Shown here piece after piece: positions 23,604 to 32,600 of a stretch of 40,797 nucleotides of DNA. This stretch comes from a virus (Duplodnaviria > Caudoviricetes): positions 1 to 40,797 of the IMG/VR virus record IMGVR_UViG_3300035491_000325; one strand, written 5' to 3'. The notes under the pieces are model-generated. The model was not told where the DNA came from and ran no database searches. It saw only the letters and a program-made list of their open reading frames with translations. Every line of letters begins with the position of its first letter. Positions within the stretch are counted from its first letter, which is position 1. Position numbers and translations under genes: made by a program.

Positions 23604-24707
23604 ATGAAGACAAAACGCCTCCCTCTCGCCGTTGCACTCGCCGCCTGCAGTTTCGTACTGGGGGCACCGGCTGCCGACAACACCATCTGGGTTCAGGTGA
23701 CCCCGGCTGGCAACTTCCTGCCGGCTGATGGTCGTGAGATCAAGGTGCCGTACTGGCATATCGATCAGGCGGTGGCCGCCAAGGTCATCGAGCGCTTCCA
23801 CGCCCGCAAGAACAAGCGCGTGGTCGACTACGAGCACCAGACGCTGCTCAAGGAAGAGAACGGTCAACCAGCGCCTGCCGCTGGTTGGTACACCGACCTG
23901 CAGTGGCGTGAAGGCGAAGGCCTGTTCGCCCAGGTGCAACTGACCGACCGCGCTGCCAAGTACATCGCCGAGGGCGAGTACCAGTATTTCTCCCCCGTGT
24001 TCCTTTACCACCCGACCACCGGCGACGTCTTGGACGTGCAGATGGGCGCGCTCACCAATGCCCCGGCAATCGACGGCATGCAGGAACTCAGCCTGCGCGC
24101 CGCCGCGTCGTTCGGCTGTTTCGATGACTCCCCAGAGGAAAACCCCGTGAACCAATTGCTGCTGGCGCTGATCGCCGCCCTCGGCCTGGCCGAGAACACC
24201 ACCGAGGAGCAGGCAGTCGCCGCGCTCTCCGCCCATACCACCAACCTGCGCAAGCTGCTGGGCCTGGATGAAAAGGCCGGTGGCGAAGCCATGCTGGCAG
24301 CCTGCACCGGCCTCAAGGCCAAGGCCGCTACCAGCGTCGACCCGTCGCAGTTCGTGCCGCTGTCGGTCGTCGAAGGCCTCAAGGCCGACATGGCCGCGCT
24401 GACCGCTCGCCTGGGCGAGCGCGACGAGAAGGATCTCGACAGCCAGATCCAAGGCGCCCTGGAAGATGGGCGCCTGCACAAGACCATGGAGGAATGGGCG
24501 CGCGACCTCGGCAAGAGCAACCGTGCCGCCCTGACCTTGTACCTGGACAAGGCACAGCCCATCGCGGCCATCGCCGGTAGCCAGACCGGAGGCAAACCGC
24601 CGGTGGCGGATGAGAAAACCGGTCTGACCCAGGACGAGCTGGCTGTGTGCTCGGCCATGGGCATCACCGCCGAACAGTTCAAGGCCGCCAAGGCCGAGGA
24701 GCAATAA
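23604..24707 (+). CDS. Prohead protease I (Mu gp32-like)
   Basis: VVDYEHQTL, APAAGW, EYQYFSPVF, ALTNAPAIDGM. Confidence 0.92.
   Translation: MKTKRLPLAVALAACSFVLGAPAADNTIWVQVTPAGNFLPADGREIKVPYWHIDQAVAAKVIERFHARKNKRVVDYEHQTLLKEENGQPAPAAGWYTDLQWREGEGLFAQVQLTDRAAKYIAEGEYQYFSPVFLYHPTTGDVLDVQMGALTNAPAIDGMQELSLRAAASFGCFDDSPEENPVNQLLLALIAALGLAENTTEEQAVAALSAHTTNLRKLLGLDEKAGGEAMLAACTGLKAKAATSVDPSQFVPLSVVEGLKADMAALTARLGERDEKDLDSQIQGALEDGRLHKTMEEWARDLGKSNRAALTLYLDKAQPIAAIAGSQTGGKPPVADEKTGLTQDELAVCSAMGITAEQFKAAKAEEQ
24147..24707 (+). CDS. Scaffold protein Z (in-frame internal start within protease I)
   Basis: AGAGGA precedes an in-frame GTG (VNQLLLALIAALGL); matches the I/Z arrangement of Mu. Confidence 0.65.
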   Translation: MNQLLLALIAALGLAENTTEEQAVAALSAHTTNLRKLLGLDEKAGGEAMLAACTGLKAKAATSVDPSQFVPLSVVEGLKADMAALTARLGERDEKDLDSQIQGALEDGRLHKTMEEWARDLGKSNRAALTLYLDKAQPIAAIAGSQTGGKPPVADEKTGLTQDELAVCSAMGITAEQFKAAKAEEQ

Positions 24708-24710
24708 GCC

Positions 24711-25118
24711 ATGACTGCGCTGACCAAAGACCGCAACACCAAGCGCCGTGATGGCGTGCAGTACTCCGACCCGGTGGCCGGCAGCACCAAGATCTATGCC
24801 GGCGCCCTGGTGTGCATCAACGCCTCGGGCTATGCCGTGCCGGGCAGCACTGCCACCACCCTGAAAGCCCGTGGGGTTGCTCAGGAGTACGTCGACAACT
24901 CCGCCGGTGCAGCCGGTGATCTGCGCGTGGAAAGCCGCCGTGGCGTGTTCCCGTTCGTCAACAGCGCCTCCACCGACGAGATCACCCGCGCCGATATCGG
25001 CAACACGGCGTACATCGTCGACGACCAGACGGTCGCCAAGACCTCTGCCACCAACACCCGCTCGGTTGCCGGCGTTATCCGCGATGTGGATAGCGATGGC
25101 GTCTGGGTCGAGATCTAA
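24711..25118 (+). CDS. Head decoration / cement protein
   Basis: MTALTKDRNT, IYAGALV, YIVDDQTV and GVWVEI; lies between protease and capsid. Confidence 0.75.
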   Translation: MTALTKDRNTKRRDGVQYSDPVAGSTKIYAGALVCINASGYAVPGSTATTLKARGVAQEYVDNSAGAAGDLRVESRRGVFPFVNSASTDEITRADIGNTAYIVDDQTVAKTSATNTRSVAGVIRDVDSDGVWVEI

Positions 25119-25132
25119 GGAGCAAGACTCAG

Positions 25133-26026
25133 ATGATCATCAATCAGCAAAGCCTTTCCATCGTACATACCGGTTTCAAAGCTTCGTTCCAACGCGGCTT
25201 TGCCGGTGCGCCAATCGACTACGACCAGATCGTGATGGAGGTGAACTCTACGACCTCCACCGAAGAATACGGCTGGCTTGGTGCAACTACACAGTTCCGC
25301 GAATGGCTGGGTGATCGCGTCATCCAGAACCTGGAACTGCACGACTACAGCATCAAGAACAAAGAGTTCGAGAACACGGTATCTGTGCCTCGCACCAAGA
25401 TCGAGGACGATCAGTTCGGTATCTACAGTCCGTTGATGGAGCAGTTGGGGCAGGACGCCAAAGAGCACCCAGCCACCCTGGTTTATGCCCATCTGAAGAA
25501 TGGTTTCACCGGCAAGTGCTATGACGGTCAGTACTTCTACGACACTGATCACCCGGTGCGCGGTGCCAACGGCCAGGAAACCTCGGTAAGCAACTTCCAG
25601 GGCGGTAGCGGTACGCCGTGGTTCCTGCTGGACGTCACCCGTGTGATGCGCCCGATCATCCTGCAGAAGCGCAAGAGCTATCAGTTCGTTGCCAAGACCG
25701 ATATCAAGGACGACAACGTGTTCGACCGCAACCAGTTTGTTTGGGGGGTGGACGCGCGTTTGAACGTCGGTTACGGCCTGTGGCAGTTGGCCTACGCCTC
25801 CAAGGAAACGCTGGATACCGCCAGCTTTAACGATGCCTATGCGGCGATGCAAAGCCTCAAAGGCGACAACGGTCGCCCGCTGGGGATCCGTCCGAAACTG
25901 CTGGTAGTGCCGCCAAGCATGCGTGCTACCGCCCTGGAAGTGGTCAAGGCCGAGCGCAACGCCGCCGGCGCCACCAACATCAACCGCGACGTGGTCGACG
26001 TGCTCGTCACCCCGTGGCTGGCCTGA
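25133..26026 (+). CDS. Major capsid protein (Mu gpT family)
   Basis: YGWLG, REWLGDRVIQNL, IEDDQFGIY, CYDGQYFYDTDHPV, PLGIRPKLLVVPP. Confidence 0.93.
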   Translation: MIINQQSLSIVHTGFKASFQRGFAGAPIDYDQIVMEVNSTTSTEEYGWLGATTQFREWLGDRVIQNLELHDYSIKNKEFENTVSVPRTKIEDDQFGIYSPLMEQLGQDAKEHPATLVYAHLKNGFTGKCYDGQYFYDTDHPVRGANGQETSVSNFQGGSGTPWFLLDVTRVMRPIILQKRKSYQFVAKTDIKDDNVFDRNQFVWGVDARLNVGYGLWQLAYASKETLDTASFNDAYAAMQSLKGDNGRPLGIRPKLLVVPPSMRATALEVVKAERNAAGATNINRDVVDVLVTPWLA

Positions 26027-26038
26027 TGGGGGTGACGC

Positions 26039-26761
26039 ATGGCTGGTAAAGCAACCACCAAGGAGCCTGCAAAGGCGCCCACCAAGAGCGCAGAAAAGGC
26101 AGCCCCAGCGGCTGCCCCTGCGGCCGCCGAACAGCTGGACAACCAGCCGGCGGCACCTACCACGAGCGAGGCACCCGGCTCGGACGCCGGTTCGAGCGGG
26201 CAGGAAGCCCACCCTCCTGTGACCCTGAACGGGCTGGAGATTGCCAGCTATCTCGAAGGGTTGCTCGCTGGCGCAACGGGCCTTGTGCCGCTCTCCAAAC
26301 TGGATGAGCCGCTGCTGCGCCAGGTCGGCCAGTTCGTCGAGATCGAGGGCTTTGCCGAGTTGCCGCCTGAGCAACTGGCAATCCAGATCGAGGCCAAGGT
26401 GGGTATCGGCGCAGCGGTTACGCCCGCGCCGTCCACCGCCGCCCCTGATACCACCCCGGCCGCGCCTGATACGGCGGCCGCCACCAGTCAACCGGCATCT
26501 GCCGCGCCCCAGGCGTCTGTGGGCGATGCCGCTGCACCTGGTAGCGATCAGCTGGACGACGACGGCGATATCGAGGGCCTGTGGGTGACTGCGATTCCCG
26601 AGCAGGGTTTCCGCCGCTGTGGCTTTCGCTTTACCCGCGAGGGCTTCGGCATCGCCCTGGACGCCCTGACGGCTGAGCAGATCGAGCAGCTGGAGAACGA
26701 GCCCAACCTTAAGGTTGAGCGCGGCATTTTCTCTGTCCGTGTCGGCGAGCGCGTGTACTGA
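26039..26761 (+). CDS. Mu gp35 / HI1506-like protein with Ala/Pro-rich linkers
   Basis: C-terminal GFRRCGFRF..LTAEQIEQLENEPNLKV motif. Confidence 0.75.
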   Translation: MAGKATTKEPAKAPTKSAEKAAPAAAPAAAEQLDNQPAAPTTSEAPGSDAGSSGQEAHPPVTLNGLEIASYLEGLLAGATGLVPLSKLDEPLLRQVGQFVEIEGFAELPPEQLAIQIEAKVGIGAAVTPAPSTAAPDTTPAAPDTAAATSQPASAAPQASVGDAAAPGSDQLDDDGDIEGLWVTAIPEQGFRRCGFRFTREGFGIALDALTAEQIEQLENEPNLKVERGIFSVRVGERVY

Positions 26762-26764
26762 CCC

Positions 26765-27280
26765 ATGAACTACATCACCCTCGACGACCTGGCCGAACGC
26801 CCAGGCGCACGCGAACTGGCCCAAGTGGCCACCAAGGAAGGCGTGCGTGCGGTGGCCACCGACCTGATGGAGGCCACCCTGCGCGGCGCTGACCGCAGCG
26901 CCTGGCCGACTGACCAGGTCGCCGTTGCGGATGATGCCCTGCAGCGCATCCAGGATGCCGTCACCGAGGCTGAAAGCCTGATTGACGGCTACCTGGCCAA
27001 GCGCAGCTACCCGCTGCCGCTCAGCCCGGTACCGAAACTGGTTACCGGCTGGGCGCGCGATATCGCCCGGTACCTGCTGCACAAGGATCGCGGCGGTAAA
27101 GAGGATTCTGATCCGATCGTGCGCAACTACAAGGATGCGCTCAAGTTCCTGGGCCTGGTCGCCGAGGGCAAGTTCAGCCTGGGCGCCGAGGATCCGATCA
27201 CCAGCAACCCAAACCAGCTCGACGTGCGTTTCGAGTCCGCGCCGGCTGTGTTCGACCGCACCAGCAGGCGGGCGTACTGA
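26765..27280 (+). CDS. Head-tail adaptor (DUF1320 / Mu gp36)
   Basis: IDGYLAKRSYPLPL, DIARYLLH, YKDALKFL..VAEGKFSLG. Confidence 0.9.
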   Translation: MNYITLDDLAERPGARELAQVATKEGVRAVATDLMEATLRGADRSAWPTDQVAVADDALQRIQDAVTEAESLIDGYLAKRSYPLPLSPVPKLVTGWARDIARYLLHKDRGGKEDSDPIVRNYKDALKFLGLVAEGKFSLGAEDPITSNPNQLDVRFESAPAVFDRTSRRAY

Positions 27281-27720
27281 TGAACTTCGCGCCCCTCGAT
27301 ACCACGCTCGTCGAGAGCCGCCTGCGCGACCAGGTGACGGACTTTGGCGAGGTCAACGGCGCCGCCGCGTATCACACGCTCAAGGGCCTGGACAGCTTCC
27401 GCACCGGTGATTGCTGGGTGGTGCTGGCTGCCGAGACCAACCCGGCAGCCGATGGCCCGCAACCCAAGCGCAAGGCCGCAGCCGGTGCCGTGTTCGGCGT
27501 GGTGATCTGCGCCAGGAACTACCGCGACCTGCATGCAGACGCGGCAAAGGATGAAGTGATGATTTATGTCGGTAAGGCCCGAGAGGCGCTTATCGGCTGG
27601 GCCCCTGCCGGCTGGAAGGAGTGCGTCTGGCTCAAGGGCCAGGTACTCGATAGCGACAGCGACCGGGTGCTCTGGATCGATATTTACACCACCACCCACG
27701 TACTAGGGGGCAACCCGTGA
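27280..27720 (+). CDS. Putative tail terminator / neck protein
   Basis: Follows the adaptor; REALIGWAP motif. Confidence 0.7.
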   Translation: MNFAPLDTTLVESRLRDQVTDFGEVNGAAAYHTLKGLDSFRTGDCWVVLAAETNPAADGPQPKRKAAAGAVFGVVICARNYRDLHADAAKDEVMIYVGKAREALIGWAPAGWKECVWLKGQVLDSDSDRVLWIDIYTTTHVLGGNP

Positions 27721-27926
27721 GCAAGCAATCCGAAACCGCAGCCAAGCCGGCCGCAAAGCCCGAGCTGCACAAGGTCAAGCTGGCCAAGCCGCACAAGCAT
27801 GCCGGCGTGGATCAACCCAAGGGCGCGACTATCGAGGTGACCGCCCCCGAGCGCGAGTTCCTGATCCAGGTTGGTGTGGTCGCAACCCCTGAAACTACCG
27901 ACGCCGCCGCTCCGGCTGCCGAATAA
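27717..27926 (+). CDS. Small virion-associated hypothetical protein
   Basis: VKLAKPHKHAG..GATIEV motif; GTGA overlap. Confidence 0.7.
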   Translation: MSKQSETAAKPAAKPELHKVKLAKPHKHAGVDQPKGATIEVTAPEREFLIQVGVVATPETTDAAAPAAE

Positions 27927-27937
27927 CGAGGTGCACA

Positions 27938-28711
27938 ATGTCTGAGTCTTACTACTTCGGCCAAGGCAAGCTGTATGTTGCCGAGATTGGCGCCGGCGGT
28001 GTCTTGGGCCAATGGGTGTGGATCGGTGACGTCTCCGAACTCACCGGCCAGGGTGCCGAAACCCGCGTTCAACATCGTGAGTCGCACAGCGGCGTCAATG
28101 CCATGGTGCGCGACTTCGGCAAGGAACTCGGCATGACCTGGAACGCCACGATGCACCAGCTCGATGCCGACAACGTCGGTCGTTTCACTCGTTCGCGCAT
28201 GAGTGCGCAGATCTCTGGCACCGTGACCGCCGAGGCGCTGCCGAATCCGGTGGCCAATGGTGATCTGATCTCGCTCGATCACATGAACGTGTCCAGCCTG
28301 GTGATTACCGATAGCGCCACACCGACCCCGGCGACGCTGGTGCGCGGCACTCACTACGACTACGACATCTTTGGCGATGTCGAGATCCTGACTCTGCCGA
28401 CCTCGCCGGCGCCTACCCAGCCACTGAAGGCCGCGTACAGCCACGGCGCCACCAAGCAGGCCGCGTTCCTGGCCGGCACCGACAAGAACTACGCACTGAA
28501 GTACAAGGGCATCAACCTGGCCGAGAACGGTGCGCCGATCCTGGTCGAGCTGTACAAGACCAGTGCCGGCCTGCTGCAGCAGCTTTCGCTCATCACCAGT
28601 GGCAACCAGTTGGCCAGCTCGCCGGTGACCTTCACCACGCTGCTGGACTCCAGCAAGCCGGCATCGGGCGACCTGGGTCGGTTTGGCCGCTTCGTTGAAA
28701 TGGCGGTCTGA
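27938..28711 (+). CDS. Major tail (tube) protein
   Basis: YYFGQGKLY, WIGDVSEL and HRESHSG; GAGGT RBS; no sheath gene is present. Confidence 0.85.
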   Translation: MSESYYFGQGKLYVAEIGAGGVLGQWVWIGDVSELTGQGAETRVQHRESHSGVNAMVRDFGKELGMTWNATMHQLDADNVGRFTRSRMSAQISGTVTAEALPNPVANGDLISLDHMNVSSLVITDSATPTPATLVRGTHYDYDIFGDVEILTLPTSPAPTQPLKAAYSHGATKQAAFLAGTDKNYALKYKGINLAENGAPILVELYKTSAGLLQQLSLITSGNQLASSPVTFTTLLDSSKPASGDLGRFGRFVEMAV

Positions 28712-28713
28712 CG

Positions 28714-29229
28714 ATGGCCAAGCTGAAGGAGAAGAAAGGCATCATCACCGCGCCCGAGGCCCCTGCTGCCGAAGGCGCGGATGATCTGCCAATCCTCCAC
28801 CCGGATCTCGAAGCCAAGCTCAATGGCCGCATCGTCATCGTGCGTGAGTACGGCTTCGTCGAGGGGCTCAAGGTGCGGCAGCAGCTCAAGCGCTTCCTGG
28901 ATGGGCTGTATGAGCTGACCAAGCTCGGCAACCTGCCGCCGCTGGACGAGGTGTTCGGGCTGATCGTCGAGAACATCGATGACGTGCTGGAGGCCGTCGC
29001 GCAGTCGGCCGACATCGATGTTCAGGAGCTGAAGGTCTTGAAGGATCAGGCCGAAGGCGACGTGCTGCTGCTCAAGTGGTGGACAGCCAACGGCCCTTTT
29101 TTCAATCGGCTTGCCGTGCAGCGCGTGCTGGCGGAACGGATCGCAGCAACCGAAGCGGAAAAGCGCCGCGCTGGTCAGACGTCTACGCCTGCCTCGTCCG
29201 CGCCGGATACGGCGACGTCGAGCGCATAG
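28714..29229 (+). CDS. Tail assembly chaperone (gpG-like)
   Basis: Lies between tail tube and tape measure; VREYGFVEGL, WWTANGPFF. Confidence 0.8.
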   Translation: MAKLKEKKGIITAPEAPAAEGADDLPILHPDLEAKLNGRIVIVREYGFVEGLKVRQQLKRFLDGLYELTKLGNLPPLDEVFGLIVENIDDVLEAVAQSADIDVQELKVLKDQAEGDVLLLKWWTANGPFFNRLAVQRVLAERIAATEAEKRRAGQTSTPASSAPDTATSSA

Positions 29230-29378
29230 GCCGATACACCGAGCGGCAGATCCTGCTGTTCTATGACGCCGAGCACCGACGCCGCCGCCGCGAGCGAGCC
29301 GAGAACTTCATCGACCTGAACTACGCCGGTGCCAGTGCCAAGGATGCCGGGGAGCATTACAAGCTGTTGAGTAAGTGA
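29094..29378 (+). CDS. -1 frameshift extension of the tail chaperone (gpGT-like)
   Basis: In-register slippery sites C CCT TTT (29094-29100) and T TTT TTC (29097-29103); the -1 frame is open to 29378 (WSDVYACLVRAGY..YTERQILLFY). Confidence 0.7.
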   Translation, partial: PFFQSACRAARAGGTDRSNRSGKAPRWSDVYACLVRAGYGDVERIGRYTERQILLFYDAEHRRRRRERAENFIDLNYAGASAKDAGEHYKLLSK

Positions 29379-29380
29379 CA

Positions 29381-29512
29381 CAGGCGTCCGCAAGCGCGGT
29401 GCAACGTTAGGATCAGTAAAGCCCCGTCGAACCTCCTGGGCCGGTACGTGCAGGACGGCCAATACCAGAAATGACGTACGGGAAATAAGCAGGGGTTGCG
29501 CCCTGGTGCCTG
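29381..29512 (+). ncRNA. Candidate structured RNA
   Basis: Nested stems 29381-88/29505-12, 29398-405/29495-502 and 29444-49/29474-79 with G-U pairs; immediately followed by a terminator. Confidence 0.45.
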
Positions 29513-29516
29513 CATC

Positions 29517-29539
29517 GCCGCCTTCGGGCGGCTTCTTTT
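29517..29539 (+). terminator. Rho-independent terminator
   Basis: GCCGCC-TTCG-GGCGGC followed by TTCTTTT. Confidence 0.8.
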
Positions 29540-29579
29540 GCCTCGTCAAAATTACATCCCGCTCCGCGCGCGCGAGGAT
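29535..29579 (+). promoter_or_regulatory. Late promoter box 3 (tape measure / tail tip operon)
   Basis: CTTTTGCCTCGTCAAAATTAC-N18-GAGGAT. Confidence 0.7.
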
Positions 29580-29611
29580 TGCAGCGAACCCCACTGCTGT
29601 GATCCCGCCCG

Positions 29612-32600
29612 ATGGCCAACAAAGAACTCGAATTTGCCCTGCGTCTGAAAGCCGACCTGGAACAAGGTCAGCAGCAGCTGCAGGCGCTCGCCGATTCTGT
29701 CGAGAACGTCGGCGCCGCCGCTGCGACATCGAGCACCCAGCTCGGCCAGATCGGCGAGAGTGCCGACCAGCAGACCGCTCGCATTCGCGCGATGGTCGAT
29801 GCCAGCCTGCAGCAGCAGGCCGCAGCCGATGCGCTGGCCAACAGCGTCGAGCGTGGCAACAGCATTGCCCAGGAAGCAAACAGCACCTGGCAGCAGACGG
29901 CAGCCGCTCAGACCGAGGCGATGAACGCCTATCACAACGCAGAACGTGCCACCGAGCAGAAGGCTCAGGCCGACCTGAAAGCGGCAGAGGCAGCCGCTGC
30001 CGCCGCTGCATCCGCCGAAAAGGAAGGCGCCGAGCTGCAGCAGCTGCTGGGCAAGATCGATCCGGTGATTCGCAAGCTCGACGAGCTGGACAACATGGAG
30101 CAGCAGCTGCGCCGCGCGCGTGCCTCCGGTCAGATCGATCTCGACACCTTCGACACCTACAACGCCAAGCTGCAGGAGCAACGCCAGCGCCTGGGCGGCA
30201 CCACGGATGCCATGCGCGTCGCCGGCATCACCGCTGGCCAGTACCAGCAGGCCATGCGCCAACTGCCAATGCAGATCACCGACATCACCACCAGCCTGGC
30301 CAGCGGCATGCCGATCTGGCTGGTAGCGGTGCAACAGGGTGGGCAGATCAAGGATTCGTTCGGTGGCTGGGCCAACGCCGGGCGTGCCCTGGTGAGCACC
30401 ATCAACCCGCTCACCCTGGCCATTGCCAGCGTCACTGCGGCCATCGGTGCGACCGTGATCGCTGCGGTCCAGGGCGCGGCCGAGACGTACGAGTACGAAA
30501 AGGCGATCGCCCTGACGGGTAATTCGGCCGGGGTGAGCGCTGATCGTCTGGCGCAGATGGCTCAGCAAATCGACACCGTATCCGGCACCCAACGCCAAGC
30601 TGCTGCAGCACTGGCCGAAGTGACGGCCGCAGGCAAGTTCACCGCCGACCAGATCCAGCTGATCGCCACCACGGCGGTGGTGATGGAGAACAGCATCGGC
30701 CGTGCCGTCAGCGCTACGGTCGACGAGTTCAAGAAGCTGGCCGAGGAACCGGCCGAGGCGTCCGCCAAGCTCAACGAGCAGTACAACTACCTCACCCTGG
30801 CGGTGTACGAGCAGATCGCTGCACTGGAAGCCCAAGGCGACCAGGCAGGCGCGGCGCAACTGGCCATGGAAGCGCTGGCCGCGGCGATGCAGAGCCGTTC
30901 GGCTGAGATCTCCGGCAACCTCGGGCTGGTCGAGTCCGCATGGCAGGCTGTCAAGAACGTCGCCGCCGAAGCCTGGGATGCAATGCTGGATATTGGCCGC
31001 GCCGACACCCTTGAACAGAAGCTCGCCAATATCGCCAAGCAGCGCCAGACCGCCATGTACGGTGCGCGCGGTGATCGTGTTGCAACGGGTATCGATCCGG
31101 CCCTGGAAGCACGCCTGGCAGCCGAGGAAGAAGGCCTGCGCGAGCAGATCCGCCTGCGCGACGAGCAGGCCAAGCAGGAAGGCGAAGCCGCTCAGGCCAA
31201 CCGTGAGGCCATCGCCGCTGCCCAGGAGCGCACCAAGGCCGCCGACGCCTTCGTGAAGAGTGCCGAATCTCAGCTCCAGAGCCTGCAGAACCTGAGCAGC
31301 GTCGAGCGCGCGCAGCGCCTGATGACCGAGCAGAACATCGACGCCACCAGCGAGCTGGGCAAGCGCATGCTGGCCGCTGCCCAGGCGACCGACACGCAGC
31401 GCGCCGCCAATGAGGCGGAAGCCGAGGCCAAGCGCCAGGCCACCGAGGCACAGCGCAAAGCCACTGCCGCTCAGCGCGAGCAGGAGCGCGCCGCCGAGGC
31501 CGCACTGAAGGCGACCCAGAAGAGCATCGAGCAGCAGCTCAGCTATGTTCAGGGGCTGGAGGATCAAGCGGCAAAACTCGGCCTGACCTCCGCCGAGGTG
31601 CGCCAGTACGAGCTGGCCGAGAAGGGCCTCACCGGCGCCATGCTGGAGCGCGCCAACGCCGCCGTGGCGTTGATCAATGCCAGCGAAGCGCAGCGCCAGG
31701 CCGATGCCAACGCCCGCACCAATGCCGGCCTGGAAGCCGACTTCCTGCGAGCCTCTGGCCGCGAAACCGACGCCGCTCTGCTGGAGATCCGCACCAAGTT
31801 CGCGGCACAGCGCACGGAGCTGGAAAAGGCAGGCAACGAAGCCGGCCTGGCCTGGCTGGACAAGCTGATCCCGGTCGCCGAAGCCAAGGTGCGCGTGGAC
31901 GACGTGCAGCGCGAGATGGATCGCATCCTGGCCGAGCAGCAACGCCAGGAGCAGTCGGTGAACGTGCAGCAGGATGCAGGGCTGATCACCGAGCTACAGG
32001 CGCGTGAGCGGATCCTGGAGATCCACCGCCAGACCTATGCCCAACTGGAGCAGATGCGCCCACTGCTGGCCGAACTGGCGCAGCAACCCGGCGCTGTGGG
32101 CGAGGCGGCATCCCAGGCGCTCTATGCCCTGGACGAGCAAGCGCAACGCCTGATGGCCACCACCACGCTCCTGCAGGAAACGCTGCGCGACGGGTTGACC
32201 TCGGGCCTCACCGAGGCGCTCACTGGCCTGGCCAATGGCACGCTGACCCTGCGCGAGGCAGTTACTGCTCTCGGTCAAAGCGTGCTCGATGCGTTCACTC
32301 GGATGGCCGCTGAGAACGTCGCCCAATCCCTCACCAGCAGCGTGATGGGCCTGTTCGGCGGTGGCGGCAATGACGCTGCCGGCATGACTGCTGGTGCGGC
32401 CGCAGTTACCTCTTCTGCCGGCGCACTTTCCGCTGCCGGCGCAACGCTCGTCACCGGCGCATCGGCCATCCAGGTCGCCGCTCAGGCGCTCGCTGCAGCA
32501 AATGGGGGCAGCGCTGCAGCAGGTGCTACCAGCACTGCCGGCGGTAGTGGCGGATGGTTGTCAGCCATTGCAGGGATGTTTGGCGGCGGAAGTGGCGCGG

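Noticed and set aside
29381-29512. Hammerhead or other known self-cleaving ribozyme
   Set aside because: I could not find the CUGANGA/GAAA core in the right arrangement or another ribozyme consensus by eye; kept only as an unclassified structured RNA candidate.
17685-31942. Long minus-strand ORFs (560, 497, 384, 407, 655, 796 aa) opposite structural genes
   Set aside because: Shadow ORFs of GC-rich genes with no recognisable domains.
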